Assembly: GCF_018977255.1 (NCBI RefSeq)
Contig: NW_024704743.1
Location: 23,314,001-23,378,000 of the forward strand
Origin: Callorhinchus milii
Lineage: Eukaryota
Direction: 5' to 3'
Length of the DNA: 64,000 nt
A program made the translations under genes and the position numbers. Every line of letters starts with the position of its first letter. Within the stretch, counting starts at the first letter, position 1. A model generated the notes under the pieces. The model had not been told where the DNA came from. It saw nothing but the letters and a program-made list of their open reading frames with translations, and did not search any database. This document shows, one piece after another, positions 1-13,017 of the stretch.

Positions 1-2989
1 TCCTGAGAAAGGAAGTGTTCCTCGACCCTTTCTCTCAAGAAAAATCAAGCAAACCACAAACCTGGGTCTCATCTTTTCATCATGCATTATACATATGGGA
101 CTGGTTCCCTGCCTTGGCTTAACATTTTCAATGTTCCATTAGTTCAGAAACTACCACATTCCACAGAAGCATTTAGTCATCAATCAGAAATCTGTCTAGT
201 CCTCCACAGAATCACTCAACCAAATGTTTTCACTGTACCAGATGGCAGTCTGTGTCATGATTTAATAATACTAAATATAATGAAGTTATCCCTCTCTGAA
301 TTCCCTTTTTGGAATTTGACATTGGGTTTCGTACTGCGGAGTTGTACATTCTACTTGTACAATATTCGTTGGTTCATGCATTGATACAATAAGGCTGCCT
401 GTGCAGTTGTACACGTGAGTTTTGTGACAGTATACTCTTCAGGTTTTATCAGAATGGAATGGAGAGGAGAACTGTCAGGGTAAAGGTATTACATATGAAT
501 AGGAGCACACCAGTAGGTTTTATTTCATGGTAATTTGCTCTGTATTCCACAGCAATGTACTGTTGTGTGTCTGGGATGGGTCTTGTCAGGAAGTGGAGCC
601 CAGAACACTGGGTACATTTTAATGTTTCAGGCAGACACCAAATGTCATTCGCTCTAACTAAACTGCATTCTTTGCTAACACCATGCTCCCCAGGACTGAT
701 TGAACGCATCACAAAGCACATCTTTTGTTTACTGAAATAAGTCTCTTCGTGATTTTAAAATCTTTCCCATGAGAATAAAGCTTTTTCAACCCCTCTTCAT
801 CACTCGTTCATTCAAACATTTTGATCCCATCCAAATTGTCCTTCTTTGAACTCTCTGTAATGCTGCAATTTTGTTTCATAAGGGTATGGTAAAAACATTC
901 CTGCAATTCATTGGGACTGTGAAGATGTCTTAAAGATCATTCCCTTCTCTGCTTTGAAAATCTACAAATGTGTATTGTTTTACAATAAATTTACCAACCT
1001 GTGGCTGAGTGTATCCAATTATGAAGCACACATGCCAAAGGTGGATAAATGTATAGATGAGTGAAGAATAACATCAGTGGGCACTGTGCCTGCATTTGGA
1101 ACAGACAGGTTTCCTATGTGAAGATACACTCTTTTGTTGGATTATCAAAAATTCTACAGCATTTTATTTATTGATCATTGTCATTTCTGATATGTGCAGA
1201 AGGATTTGTAACTCATAAACCTTGCAGGGACCCTACCTACTTCAGGCAGACACTCTGAGTCACTGCGCGAACGTTAATTGACACCAATCTCATGACAAGT
1301 GCTGAGAGCCAGCTTCAGCTGCATTTGGATTTCGGGGAGGCTGACACTGAGACTAATGTCTGAGAGGCACTGTGGAAAATGAGCATCAGACATCTAATGG
1401 ATGCAAGGATTTGCTAACCACAAACCCCAATTTAATGAGGTTTTGTTAATAGCAAATTTTGCAAGCTGCAGAAGAAAGCTTCAGAACATAGGCTGGCTAC
1501 AAATATTTTTGTATTACAGAGGAGACGATGATACCCAGAATATGTCAGCAAACAAAATGGGTGGAGTACTCAGGCACAGTTACAAGCCAGATTTCTCACT
1601 GAATTAGCAAACCATGTTTCTAAGCACTTGGCAAAGAACCAGGTTTTGAAATAAACCTGAAAGTTATTACTTTTCAAATCAGATTGGCTTATGAATTTAC
1701 AAAAACGTACATCTGTTTCCTTTGTGTGTGACGAATAATATCCTGCCCTCCATTCCTTGCTATGCAAGGAACATTCAGAGGTCATTAATGTTCAGACAAT
1801 CTTTTCAACAAGTTTGACTCCTCCAGCTTGTGATGAACAGCTGCATATGAGGGATCTGAAGCAGGGCGGAGAATCCTATAGCTTCAATCCAAGAACAAGC
1901 AAACACACATAGGAAAAGCTAGACAATTCCTGCTCTACTCCAATGTCCATGTCCGGGGAAGCTGTTGGTGACAGTGTAAGCCATATTGAAAAAACAGCAC
2001 AGATAAAAATGAATGTACATTTGAAATAACACCTACAACGTTGAAACTTCTGAGAACACTTCACAGGTAATTGCTGTCAAGTATACTGATTGTGCATTTG
2101 TAGGCAAACCCAGCAGCCGATTTGCACACAGCAGCAACCTTAAAACAACAATAACTTGCATTTGTATAGCGCCTTTCACAATGGATGGCATGAATTGAAT
2201 GATGAATGTATCAGGAGGATTGTTGGCCAAAGCAGATGCCACGGTACCATTCCCCAGAAGACTCCTCGTATCCAACATAAAACATACAAATTTGCAGAAT
2301 ATAAGTGTGTGTGTAACAAAAATAATTGATTTGTTTAATGGCTGTGTGTGTTTGTTTTACAATTATAATATTGACAGTTGCACATCTCAACAATGTTGTG
2401 AAAATATGTTGCTAGATATCTGCTCACAGTGAGGGATACCTAAAGAGATGGCAACAGTGGGTCACCCTCAAGTTGTTCCCAAAGGATGGCTGATGTGAAG
2501 TCTTGGACACAGAACTCTCTCCTTTCCATTATGACATAGTCACTGTGTAGCACAGGTGGTCAGAAAGGGAGAGAAACAGAAATAAAGACGTCCAAATCAT
2601 GTCAGAGAGTCTTGACAAGGGAATTTCATCACATCTACAATGGTCACATTGTTGGGGCAGGGGGGAGCTATCAACATGTGTTGATCAACAATAAAACAAG
2701 ATCAACTTTACAAAATAAATGAATACTGAAACACAAAGGTGAGCAATAGTGGCCATCAGGGGGCGAGGCTAAAGGGCTGAAATGAGGTCCATTAATCCCG
2801 CCAGGGTTTTATTCTACTCAGAAACGCTTTCCGTGGGAAACTGTACAAGGCAGTGACCTTGAATAAGAGATTTCCAAAGCTAGTCTGCAAGAAACTTAAG
2901 TGCAACTCTTTCACTGGTGGAGTGTGTGCCAGCTGCCTGTTCATTACATTCACTGTCAGATATTACAAGTTATTGTTGGAAGAAGTCTT

Positions 2990-3610
2990 TAGTTCCCTAC
3001 ATTGCATTTCTCCATCTCTGTTTAAAGACTCCTGTTACTGCTCACATAGATTGTGCATCACAATGCAGGTTGGTGCCACATGAGCCACAAAAGTACATCT
3101 CAAGACATTTAAGCAGGATTTATCTGTGTGCTTTGAGATATCTTAGGACATATCCATGACCTGCTGATCTGATTTCTGAAAATATTCCACCGAAATGATG
3201 GAAAACCAGTCAACCACAGGATATCCTGTACCTTTGATAAGAGGACCGTGTGGTGGTAAGGGGATGATTCATACCCTGCATGAATCATTTTTTGAAACAG
3301 ATGACATAAAACCAAGGCAGCTTCTGTCTTCATGGTGAAAAAACCCTCAACTTGGTGAAAAATAAAATCCAAAACCGAATGGTGAATCTGCTGTAGAGTC
3401 GCACTACTAATATTTCTCAGCATCAGATGTTAACTCATGACCACAGGAAAGGACAAGAAAAGAAGAGGTTGATATTTCCTGTAAAACTACTGGAAGGAAA
3501 AGACACATTTGGCTTTCAACCACAGCTACAAACCCCATGGGAGGCCCATTGTTTGTAGTTGATGCATATGGTGCAGTGTTGGTAATGTTGAGTGTCATCT
3601 GGAGAACCCA
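2990..3610 (-). mobile_element. Decayed PIF/Harbinger transposase fossil (DDE to C-terminal part), interrupted at 3611 by L2
   Basis: Minus-strand motifs in the expected order across frameshifts: FVAVVESQMCLF (~LQAVVDHxMRF), MLRNIS (~VLRNS), NIFRNQISRS (~FNYRLSRAR), LKAHR*ILLKCLE (~LKARWRILLKRLD), TCIVMHNLCEQ (~ACCVLHNLCE). Confidence 0.6.
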
Positions 3611-3611
3611 T

Positions 3612-4346
3612 CAACAACAACAACAACAACAACAAGATTCCATTTATAGAGCGCCTTTCACGTCAGGAGGACGTCCCAAGGCGCTGCACAGTTGGGTCAT
3701 GACCCGAGCAGGGGGGAAATGGTCAGGGTGAGGGAGGGAAGGGAGGAGAGAGGAGGGGGAAATGGTCAGGGTGAGGGGAGGGAAGGGAGGGAGCGAGAAG
3801 GAGGAAGAGAGTCGAGAGGGGAGCTGAAGGCACGGTCAAAGAGAAAGGTTTGAGACCGGCCTTGAAGGAGGAAAGGGAGGAAGCAAGGCGAAGGCACTGG
3901 GGGATGGAGTTCCAGAGCCTCGGGCTGAGAGGCTGAAGGCCCGACCACCGATAGTAGGGCGGTTGGGGCGGGGGACGTGGAGCAGACCGGAGCCAGAGGA
4001 ACGGAGGGTACGGGCAGGTAGGTAGGGGGATAGTAGGTTGGAGAGGTAGGAGGGAGCAAGGCCGTGAATGGCCTTGTAGGTGAGGATGAGGATCTTGAAA
4101 TCAATCCTCTGGGGGATGGGGAGCCAGTGGAGGCGAGCGAGGGTGGGAGTGATGTGATCGCGAAGCCTGGTGCGGGACAGTACACGAGCTGCAGAGTTCT
4201 GAATGACCTGCAGCTTGTGGAGGGAGGTGGCGGAAGGCCGGCGAGGAGAGAGTTCCCATAGTCCAGCCTTGAGGTGACAAAGGCGTGAACCAGGGTTTCA
4301 GCAGCGTGAGGGGTGAGGTAGTGCCGTAATCTGGCGATATTCCGGA
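3612..4346 (-). mobile_element. L2-clade LINE, young family A, 5'-truncated
   Basis: (CAA)n at 3612-3634 is the (TTG)n tail; 3' stem-loop; near-identical to 4511-5203 and 29500-30236; encodes the L2 ORF2 C-terminus (LARLHWLP). Confidence 0.93.
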
Positions 4347-4395
4347 AAGGGACAAAGCCTCACCTGGTTGCATGGCTACTATATCCTTAGCATAT

Positions 4396-5203
4396 CCGAG
4401 GCTGCACTCTCCACCTCTCAAAACCAGTCAGGAACCTCGGTGTTCTGTTCGACCCTGAGCTGTCCTTTCCTCCTCATATCCGCACCACAACTGGCACCAC
4501 CTTCCATCACCTCCGAAATATCGCCAGACTACGGCACTACCTCACCCCTCACGCTGCTGAAACTCTGGTCCACGCCTTTATCACCTCAAGGCTGGACTAT
4601 GGGAACTCTCTCCTCGCCGGCCTTCCCGGCACTTCCCTCCACAAGCTGCAGGTCATTCAGAACTCTGCAGCTCGTGTACTGTTCCGCACCAGGCTTCGCG
4701 ACCACATCACTCCCACCCTCGCTCGCCTCCACTGGCTCCCCATCCCCCAGAGGATCGAATTCAAGATCCTCATCCTCACCTACAAGGCCATTCACAGTCT
4801 TGCTCCCTCCTACCTCTCTGACCTACTATCTCCCTACTTACCTGCCCGTACCCTCTGTTCCTCTGGCTCCGGTCTGCTCCACATCCCCAGCCCCAACTGC
4901 CCTACCATCGGTGGCCGGGACTTCAGCCTCTCAGCCCCTAGGCTCTGGAACTCTATCCCCCAGTGCCTTCGCCGCCTACTCCCTTTCCTCCTTCAAGGCC
5001 GTTGTCAAGACATTTCTCTTTGACCGTGCCTTCAGCTCCCCTCTCGACTCTCTACCCCCTCCTCATTCCCTCCCTTCCCTCCCCTCACCTTGACCATTTC
5101 CCCCCTGCTCGGCTCCTGACACAACTGTATAGCACCTTGGGATGTCCTCCCGACGTGAAAGGCGCTCTGTAAATGGAATCTTGTTGTTGTTGTTGCTGTT
5201 GTT
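4396..5203 (+). mobile_element. L2-clade LINE, family A, 5'-truncated, with TSD
   Basis: ORF2 C-terminal homology, stem-loop and (TTG)n tail; TTAGCATAT duplicated at 4387-4395 and 5202-5210. Confidence 0.93.
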
Positions 5204-5257
5204 AGCATATATGTACTATTGCATTCTGATTGATCATCCTCGTGATGTGAAAGATGT

Positions 5258-8046
5258 TTCCACCACACCTTCCATCACACCGCTCGTCCAAACCAACGTG
5301 GCGGCGGGGTGGCCTTCATTTCCAAAGCCTCTCTTGGTCTCATACCCTACTCCTCTGGCTGCTTCCTCTCCTTCGAGCACCTCACCCTCTTCCACCACTT
5401 TCTCCCATTGAAAATCCTCCTGTCTACCACCCCCCTAAGCCCCCCGGCTCCTTCCACACAGACATCTCTACTCTCCTCTCTTCCCTGTCCCTCTGCTCCG
5501 AGCGCCTGCTCATAATGGGCGATTTCAACCTTCACCTAAACACCCCTTGCACTACTTCTGCCGACTTCACTGCCCTCCTCTCCTCCCTAAACCTCACCTT
5601 TCATATAAACTCACCCACCCACAACAGTGGTCATGCCCTTGACATCATTATCACCCATGGCCTTGACATTTCTGACCTCAGCATAGTGGACAAGGCCATC
5701 TCGGACCACTTTTTCATCTCTTTCTCCTCTCACATCCCTGTCTCCTCCACCAAGCCCTCAACTATCCCACCCTTGGAAAAAGCTACCCTCTGAGACCCTC
5801 ATAAAGGCCCTCTCATTATCAAACATCCTATCCCTCTGGCCTTCCACCCGTGGAGATCGTGAAGTAGCTGTCCAGCTGCTCCATGATCGCCTCTCCTCCA
5901 CCTTCAACTCCCTTGGCCCCCTGAAATCCAGGACCATTTCCAAACCCATCCGAACCCCTGGTACAACAACCATCTCCGCCGCATAAACACCCAAACCCGT
6001 CTACTCGAGCACAGTTGGTGGAATACTGGCCTGACAGTTCATCGTCAACTGTGACTCGAGCATCTCCACAGCTACCTTCGTTCTTTGACAAGCGCAAAAA
6101 TGGCCTTCTACTCCAACATTATCTTGGAGGCTAAACGCAATCCTAAAATCCTTTCTTCCACCACCCACTACCTCCTCCGTGCTTCCCTTCCGGCTTCCTC
6201 AATCATCGTATCAAATGCCAAGTGCGAGGAGGTCATGGACTTCTTTTCATCTAAAATACTTAACATCCGCCAGGCAGCCTCATCCTCCTGCCTCTTGTCA
6301 CCCGCCACCATGCCCTCTCTGCTCCCCTCACCTTCCTCATCATCTGCTCCTATCACCACCCCCATTCTACATTTCTTCCTCCCCATCTCTCCCTCCTCCC
6401 TCTCACCCACCATCACCTCCATGAAACCCACCACCTGCTGCCTCGACTCCCCTCCACCAATATGCTGGTCACCCAGCTCCCCGTCCTCTGCCCACTACTG
6501 GCTGATGTCATCAACCAGTCTCTCTCCTCTGGATTAGGCCCTGCTCCCCTCAAAACTGCTGTTATCACACCTCTCCTCAAAAAACCCTCCCTAGATCCCT
6601 CAAACTCCAGCCACTACCGCCCTATTTCTAACCTGCCCTTCTGCGCAAAAGTCCTAGAATGCGTTGTTGCCAATCAACTTTGTGCACACCTCTCCTCCCA
6701 CTCCCTCTTTGAACCCCTCCAGTCCGGTTTCCGCTCTGCCCACAGTACAGAGACTGCTCTTGGAAAAGTCACAAACCACATCCTCTCTATCTGTGACCAG
6801 GGCTCCCTCTGCCTCCTTGTCCTCCTGGATCTGTCCGTCGCATTCGACACAGTCGATCACGCCATCTTCCTCCACCACCTTTCCTCCGTCATCCACCTCA
6901 GTGGGACCGCACTCGCCTGGTTCGAGTCCTACCTCACAAACCGCCAGCAGTACATCTGCACAAACGGATTCTCTTCCCGCTCTCACCTGGTCACCTGCGG
7001 GGTACCCCAAGGATCCATCCTTGGCCTCCTGCTCTTTCTGATCTACATGCTCCCTCTTGGGGATGTCATCCGCAAACATGGGGTACACTTCCACATCTAT
7101 GCAGACGATACCCAACTCTATTTTTCCACCTCTCTTTGCGACCCCCCAGTCCCCTGATGTTGTGTCAGCCTGCCTGTTAGACCTCAGGGGCTGGATGAGC
7201 GCAAATGGCCTTCAGCTGAATGTTGACAAGACGGAAGCCATACTCTTTGGCTCTCGTCAACATTTAAAATCTCATGGCTCTCACCTCCTCCACCTACCCG
7301 ACCTCCCCCTAAAAGTCTCCGAACCCATACGCAACTTAGGCGTCAGGTTCGACCCCCAACTTTGCTTGCTGCCCCACATCCAGTCCCTCACCAGCACTGC
7401 TTTCTTCCACCTCCGGCACATCGCCTGTTTCCGCCAATACCTCTCCCCAAAAGCCGCTGAAACCCTGGTCCATGCCTTTGTCACCTCTCAGCTGGACTAC
7501 TCTAACGCCCTCCTCACCGGTCTCCCATCCACTACTATCCATAAAATCCAAATTATTCAAAACTCTGTCGCCCGTATTCTCACCCACACCAAACTCTGCT
7601 CCCTGAACACTCCAGTTCTTGCCAGACTGCACTGGCTGCCTATCCCAGAGAGGATCGATTTCAAGATCCCTTCCCTTGTATTCAAGTCCCTGCACTCCTC
7701 TGCAACCCCCTACCTCTCTGACCTCCTCTCTCCTCAAAACAGTACCCGTTGCCTTCATTCCTCCAGGTCTGGCCTCCTCCTTGTCCCACGAGTCCTCTGA
7801 TCCACCCTCAGCGGCCGTGCCTTCAGCCACTATGCCCCGATGCTCTGGAACTGCCTTGCTCACTCCTTTTGTCTCGCTCACTCTCTTCCCATTTTCAGGT
7901 CTCTGCTGAAGACCTTTCTCTTCGACCTGGCCTTTGGTCACCTTCCCCCCCCCTCCCTCCAGCTCGATCCCAAGATCCGTTACTGTAAAGTGCTCTGACA
8001 CGCCATCCGGCGTGGAGGGCGCTATATAAATCCAAATTGTTGTTGT
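5258..8046 (+). mobile_element. Long L2-clade LINE (family B); frameshifted ORF2 with APE endonuclease C-half and reverse transcriptase
   Basis: Endonuclease motifs VYHPP, MGDFN, GHALD, SDH (ORF 5254-5793). RT motifs YRPISNLPF, QSGFR, LLDLSVAFDTVDH, GVPQGS, YADD (6462-7157). C-terminal LHWLP (7057-7800). Tail TTGTTGTTG at ~8037-8046. Confidence 0.95.
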
Positions 8047-8063
8047 ATAGATGTATAGTTGTA

Positions 8064-8545
8064 TAGATCCTCTAGCGTATTGGTTAGACCACTCGCCTTG
8101 CATGCAAGAGGACCTGGGTTCGGTTCACGGGCAGGGCGAAACCTTAGGCAATTTTCCTTACTCCCCAACCTTCTGTTTACCTAGCAGGAAGTAGGAACCC
8201 AGTTGTTTGTTGATTTGCGGATCGCTTTCCAGGAGAAATAAACAAAATTTGCTCACTCAATCCACCACTATTTTTGGGACATCGTTGTGCGCAATTGGCT
8301 GCTGCGTTCACTCACAAAAATAATAATAATAATCCTTGCATTTGATATAGTGCTTTTCACGTCTTCTAGAGTCTCCTTGGCTTTATATACCATCAATCGC
8401 CCACAAAAATTACAGTATTTTCAAATACTTCCAAAATACTTCCAAATTCTGTGAAGCATTTGGAAATGTCTCGAAGATGTGATAAGCCTGAATTAAATGC
8501 ATTAATTAAATGCATTGAATTAAATGCAAGGATTATTATTGTTAT
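8064..8545 (+). mobile_element. tRNA-derived SINE, intermediate-age long form, with a nested minus-strand SINE tail (~8320-8375)
   Basis: Degenerate tRNA head with GGTTCG B box; ACCTTAGGCAA...TGTTTACCTAGCAG segment; Deu-type GTGCGCAATTGGCTGC; tail AAATGCAAGGATTATT. Confidence 0.8.
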
Positions 8546-8609
8546 CATAAAATGATAAATCACTGAAATTTTTCTTCACTGAGCTTATACAAAGATCAAA
8601 AGCGTTTAC

Positions 8610-8698
8610 CACCTTCAGTGCACTTTGTCAGATGTTGCACAGCTACAGCAAACCTTTTCTCCAGGATACCTCCAGACACCCCAGTGAACTCCATCAAT
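8610..8698 (-). other. Weak candidate exon of a minus-strand transcript
   Basis: Acceptor TTTTTTTCACACACTTTGTTCAG; the possible donors (GTG|GTAAAC after 8610, AAG|GTTTGC after 8654) are suboptimal. Confidence 0.2.
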
Positions 8699-9243
8699 CT
8701 GAACAAAGTGTGTGAAAAAAATGGAATATTTCTATTTTTTTATTCCTATTTTTCTCGCTGTTTGGTCCATCTATTTCTTCCCATCCTCTATTCTCTTGAA
8801 GGTGGTTACTCCACTGGGGGTACAGTTCACATGTCTCCTCGTATCTCATGCAAATGGTCATGCAAGTGGACATGTGTCACTTTGGCTCAGCTGGTAACAT
8901 ATTACACTCTACAACAAAAAGGTTGTGGATTCATTGCTCAAACCAGCTAATCTAAGTAATCAGTTCAGTGCAGTATAATAATAATAATAATCTTTGCACT
9001 TGACATAAGCATGTTATCACGTCATTGAGACGTCTCAAAGCACCTCACGTGATATACTGTAAAGTGGCTGTGATTCTGTTTTGTGGCTGATTTGCACGCA
9101 GCGTATGTCCCACAAACAGCCATGAAAGGAGAACTGTATTTTTGATGGTTCTGTCCTTTGGATAGTGTCCCATCTGCATGTTCTGGTGATTGATGTTATT
9201 GTCAAAACAATTCAGGAAGAAGAGATGGCAGCTCTCTCATTGT

Positions 9244-9552
9244 CAGGCCAGAACCTTAAAATCAGAGGCCAGCCGTTTCGCACTGAGTTGAGGAAGAACT
9301 TCTTCACTCAAAGGGTGGTGAATGTATGGAACTCACTACCCCAAAGGGCTGTTGCTACTCAGTGGTTGAACATATTCAAGACTGAGATAGATAGATTTCT
9401 TATTGCAAAACGGATTAAGGGATATGGGGATAAGGCAGGGTTAGGTTATTAGCTGGAGTTAGATTAGAAGACCAGCCATGATTGAATGGTGGGGCAGGCT
9501 CGAAGGGTCGAATGGCCTACTCCTGCTCCTACATGTTATGTTATGCTATGTT
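9244..9552 (+). mobile_element. CR1 LINE 3' fragment with (ATGTT)n tail
   Basis: Translates LKIRGQPFRTELRKNFFTQRVVNVWNSLP (CR1 ORF2 end); 3' UTR GAATGGCCTACTCCTGCTCC; the same tail occurs inverted at ~41667-41712. Confidence 0.9.
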
Positions 9553-9735
9553 AAGAAATCTCATTAATAAATACTGCAAATTTGATCCCATTGATTGCGT
9601 ATTAAAATCCTGACAATCCTATCTGCAGGATGAATTGTATCTTTCCTGTGTCTGCCTTGACTAATTTGAAGGCTATTTTACTTCCAAACTTACTTTTGTT
9701 CCAGCACACATTTCCAAGATCTGGTCAGTTCTCCC

Positions 9736-10200
9736 TCCAGAACTCTGCAGCTCGTGTCCTCTCGCGCACCAGGCTCCGTGAACCTATCACCCCCATCCTC
9801 GCCTGACTCCACTGGCTTCCCATCACACAGAGGATACAGTTCAAGATACTGGTCTTCACGTTCAAAGCCCTCCGTGGTCTTGCTCCCCCCTACCTCTGCG
9901 ACCTCCTAACCCCCTACCATTGTGCTCACTCTCTCCGCTCAGCGGCATCCGGCCTGCTTCATGTCCCCCACCTCACCCGTCCCACCATTGGCGAGCGGGC
10001 CTTCTGCCACTCTACCCCCACCCTCTGGAACTCCATCCTGTAGTCCTTCCGCCTTGCCCCCTCCCTTGCCTCCTTCAAGACTCATCTCAAGACCCTCCTC
10101 TTCAACCATGTTTTCGATCTCCCTCCTTCCACTGCTGCCCTCCACCCTTCTCAATCCTGACCCCCAGCTCAGGTCTGAAACACTGACTCTCTAGCGCCTT
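9736..10200 (+). mobile_element. L2 LINE 3' fragment
   Basis: CAGAACTCTGCAGCTCGTGT...CTCCACTGGCTTCCCATC, homologous to the other L2 copies. Confidence 0.85.
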
Positions 10201-11660
10201 GCAAACTTAAATATTAAGTGGAGGGAAAAATGTGGCATGTGATAATATCCACAACATAATTCCCCCACCCCTCCACACCCAAGCAAACATACTTAAGGTT
10301 AAGTACCTTAAGGTTAAGACAATACAGATTTCATAAAATTAAATTGCAATGATTAGAATTTGCACTGTAATGTATAATATTTTTTAAGCAGTGTCAGCAA
10401 TCATTAGGAAATTAATTGAACTCTGCACTTTTCTGTTATGGAACCCGATAATGGGGACTAAATGTGGGGTTTCTAGAAAAAAAGGTCACTCAATTCAAGA
10501 CTGTTTGTGGGACATTGCTGTGCGCAACTGGCTGCTGTGTTTCACCCACAAAATACACAAGTCAATCCACTTTACAATATATTCTGTGAAGTGCTGTGAG
10601 GTGTTTTGACGATGTGATAAGGCGCTATATCAAATGCAAGGATTATTATTATTTTTAACAGGAAGAAAGCATAAATGAATACCATTAGGAATCCAATCAA
10701 TCCTCTGGTAACTCCATTCTGAAAATAAATCGTGTGGCAGGTAGTTCCTCCATTGGTTCAACATATATCCAGTAACTAGAATGGGTATCCAACTTTTAAG
10801 GAATCTGCACAGATCATACTCTTTGTTAAGAGCCTAAATAAATTACTTAATAAATGCAATATTGTCACATGCTTCAGCTGCATGGGAAGTTAAGAGCTGA
10901 GGGGAAGGAAAAAGCAGTTCAACCTGAAAGAAGGACGGAACGAACAAACAAACTAATCAATAAATTAATCAATCAATCAATCATGGCCTCCTGTGCGACA
11001 CATCTCCAGTGGCTGAGAGTGGTTTGTTAGACATACAACCAGCTCCCAGCACTTCACAAATACCACTGTTAGGATGAATGCGACAGCAACACAATGTTTC
11101 CATTCACCCCACTCTTCAGAGAGAGGTGTGTGCCACCTAGACTGCATGGGTATTCATTGGTGCTGCAATATACTATACAATCATTCCACCCTTAAATACC
11201 ATTCCAATACGTTCATTTCAGATTAATGAATCATTGATACAATTGCGGAATACATGCAGTTAGTTTAGGGGAAAACAATACATGTTTAAATAGTAATTAT
11301 TTTTGCTGGATGTCTGATGTTAAAATTTGTGCTCCTGATGTGAAAAGCACTATATGAAATGAAAGGATAATAATTGTTATTGTTAATGATAAAAGTATCC
11401 TGGAGAATTAATTTATTCAAGAGTTATTTAAAAGCATTTATAATCGCACACCATTTATGCAGAGTCATGGTGACTTGCTATTGATTGTTGTTCTCCACAA
11501 AGCTTCATGCATGAAAATATCCATAAAAATCAATTTGTCTACAAGTATTCTCATTTTTCACAAACAGCCCATGGGTTTTGATGCTTTTCTTTCTCTCGTA
11601 TTTTTTTGTGTGCTTCAGTCTCACATGGTTTGTCTGCATCTGGCGCAAACTGAACCTTAC

Positions 11661-11741
11661 CTTGCGATGCCCTTGAGAGCAAAGAAAGAAGCAATGTTGT
11701 ACATCTTGTGCTGCAGTCTTTGACTGCACACACTATTGAAC
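11661..11741 (-). other. Candidate 81-nt exon of a minus-strand transcript, containing an ATG
   Basis: Acceptor CTCCTTTTTGTCATTTCTTGAAAG and strong donor AAG|GTAAGG; lies in repeat-free sequence; ATG at 11704 with A at -3 opens MYNIASFFALKGIA. Confidence 0.45.
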
Positions 11742-12619
11742 CTTTCAAGAAATGACAAAAAGGAGAGTTACGTGGTAAAATGTTATGAGTTAATAACTTT
11801 CTGATAGCACAGGATTTAGAGGTAAAATGCAGCCACCTTTGACAATGATGACATTGACAATGACGATGGCAGTAGATGAAGTACACCAGTACACTATCAT
11901 AGCTCGCGCTGTCAAATGCAAAGGTTCGTAAAAGATAATTTTAGTTCCCTTATTGACAGATCTGATGTTTTGTTGCAAACACTGTAAGATTGTTTTATTT
12001 CATCATTAAGTTCTGACCTATTGATCTGATGTTCATCCAGTGAAATAGTTTAGCCTGCAAGATCAATAGAGCAACAGAACCAATCTTTTCGATAGGAAAT
12101 ATCTTTTATGATATGCATAAAGATTTATAGTTAGCTGGTTCAAGTCTTGCATGAAATTTTCATCTCAGTTGCAAGATGCTGCCAGAAAATTATGAGGCTT
12201 TGTGAAACAAATAAGGGAAGTGTGATATTCAAAACCCATTATGGATTTATTCAAGTGTGGAGACTATAATAAAACATTACCTATAAGTACAAGGTACTTT
12301 TATTGACTTGCTTTCCTGCAAATGATAACTCTGTAACCTACGCTTTTTATGTTAAAATATGTAGATTATCTTCACGCAGTTTTGAGCCTGTGGCATTGAA
12401 CATATCTTGTAATGTTATATCTCCCTTGTAGGACTTCTATTGTTCTTCAGCTGGAAATTGCTTCTAACCTTTTTGGTCAAACCACCCAAATGCAAAGCTG
12501 GGCATATTTCACAGATGACTCCAAAGGGGGAAATGTTGGAGGATTCTCAGTGGAAAGCAACAATTCAATTCATCCCATTAAAGAGAAAGTGGAACAAGTA
12601 AATCATGAATATAGAGAAA

Positions 12620-12985
12620 GAACCTGCATTTTTATGGCACCTTATCACGTAGCAACGACTCAAGAAACACTTCACAAGCAATTAATGTCAAGAATACTGA
12701 TAGTGTAGGCAGATGGAGTAGCCATTTGAATCAACGAGGCTCCACCCACAGTCAAGAGGTGAATGTGAATGATAAATTAATGTAGCCAGGATATCAGGAG
12801 AAATTCCCTTCGCTTTACAAATATCATCATAGCATCTTCAACATCCACTGAAAAGGCAGACTGGATCTCAATTCAACTCTTCATCCAAAAGATGTTGTCC
12901 CGACAATGGGTGTTTCGCCAGTACTGCATTGGAAAGGCACTCTAAACCAAGTCTAAGCCATGGAGTTTCAACCACCCTCAGATCA
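12620..12985 (-). mobile_element. Old Deu-domain SINE
   Basis: Reverse complement shows the Deu-type GGATGAAGAGTTGAA...GTGGATGTTGAAGATGC segment and the L2-type tail. Confidence 0.65.
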
Positions 12986-13017
12986 GAAATGAGAATGTGA
13001 GAAACTTATCAATACTG

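Noticed and set aside
1..900. Possible decayed coding or transposon sequence
   Set aside because: I could not identify any ordered protein motifs or termini.
3612..5203. Twin-priming inversion of a single L2
   Set aside because: Both halves contain the same sequence with full 3' tails, and one has its own TSD.
5254..7800. Intact or domesticated RT gene, or a retron-like system
   Set aside because: Multiple frameshifts and stops, 5' truncation and an ordinary L2 tail indicate a dead LINE copy.
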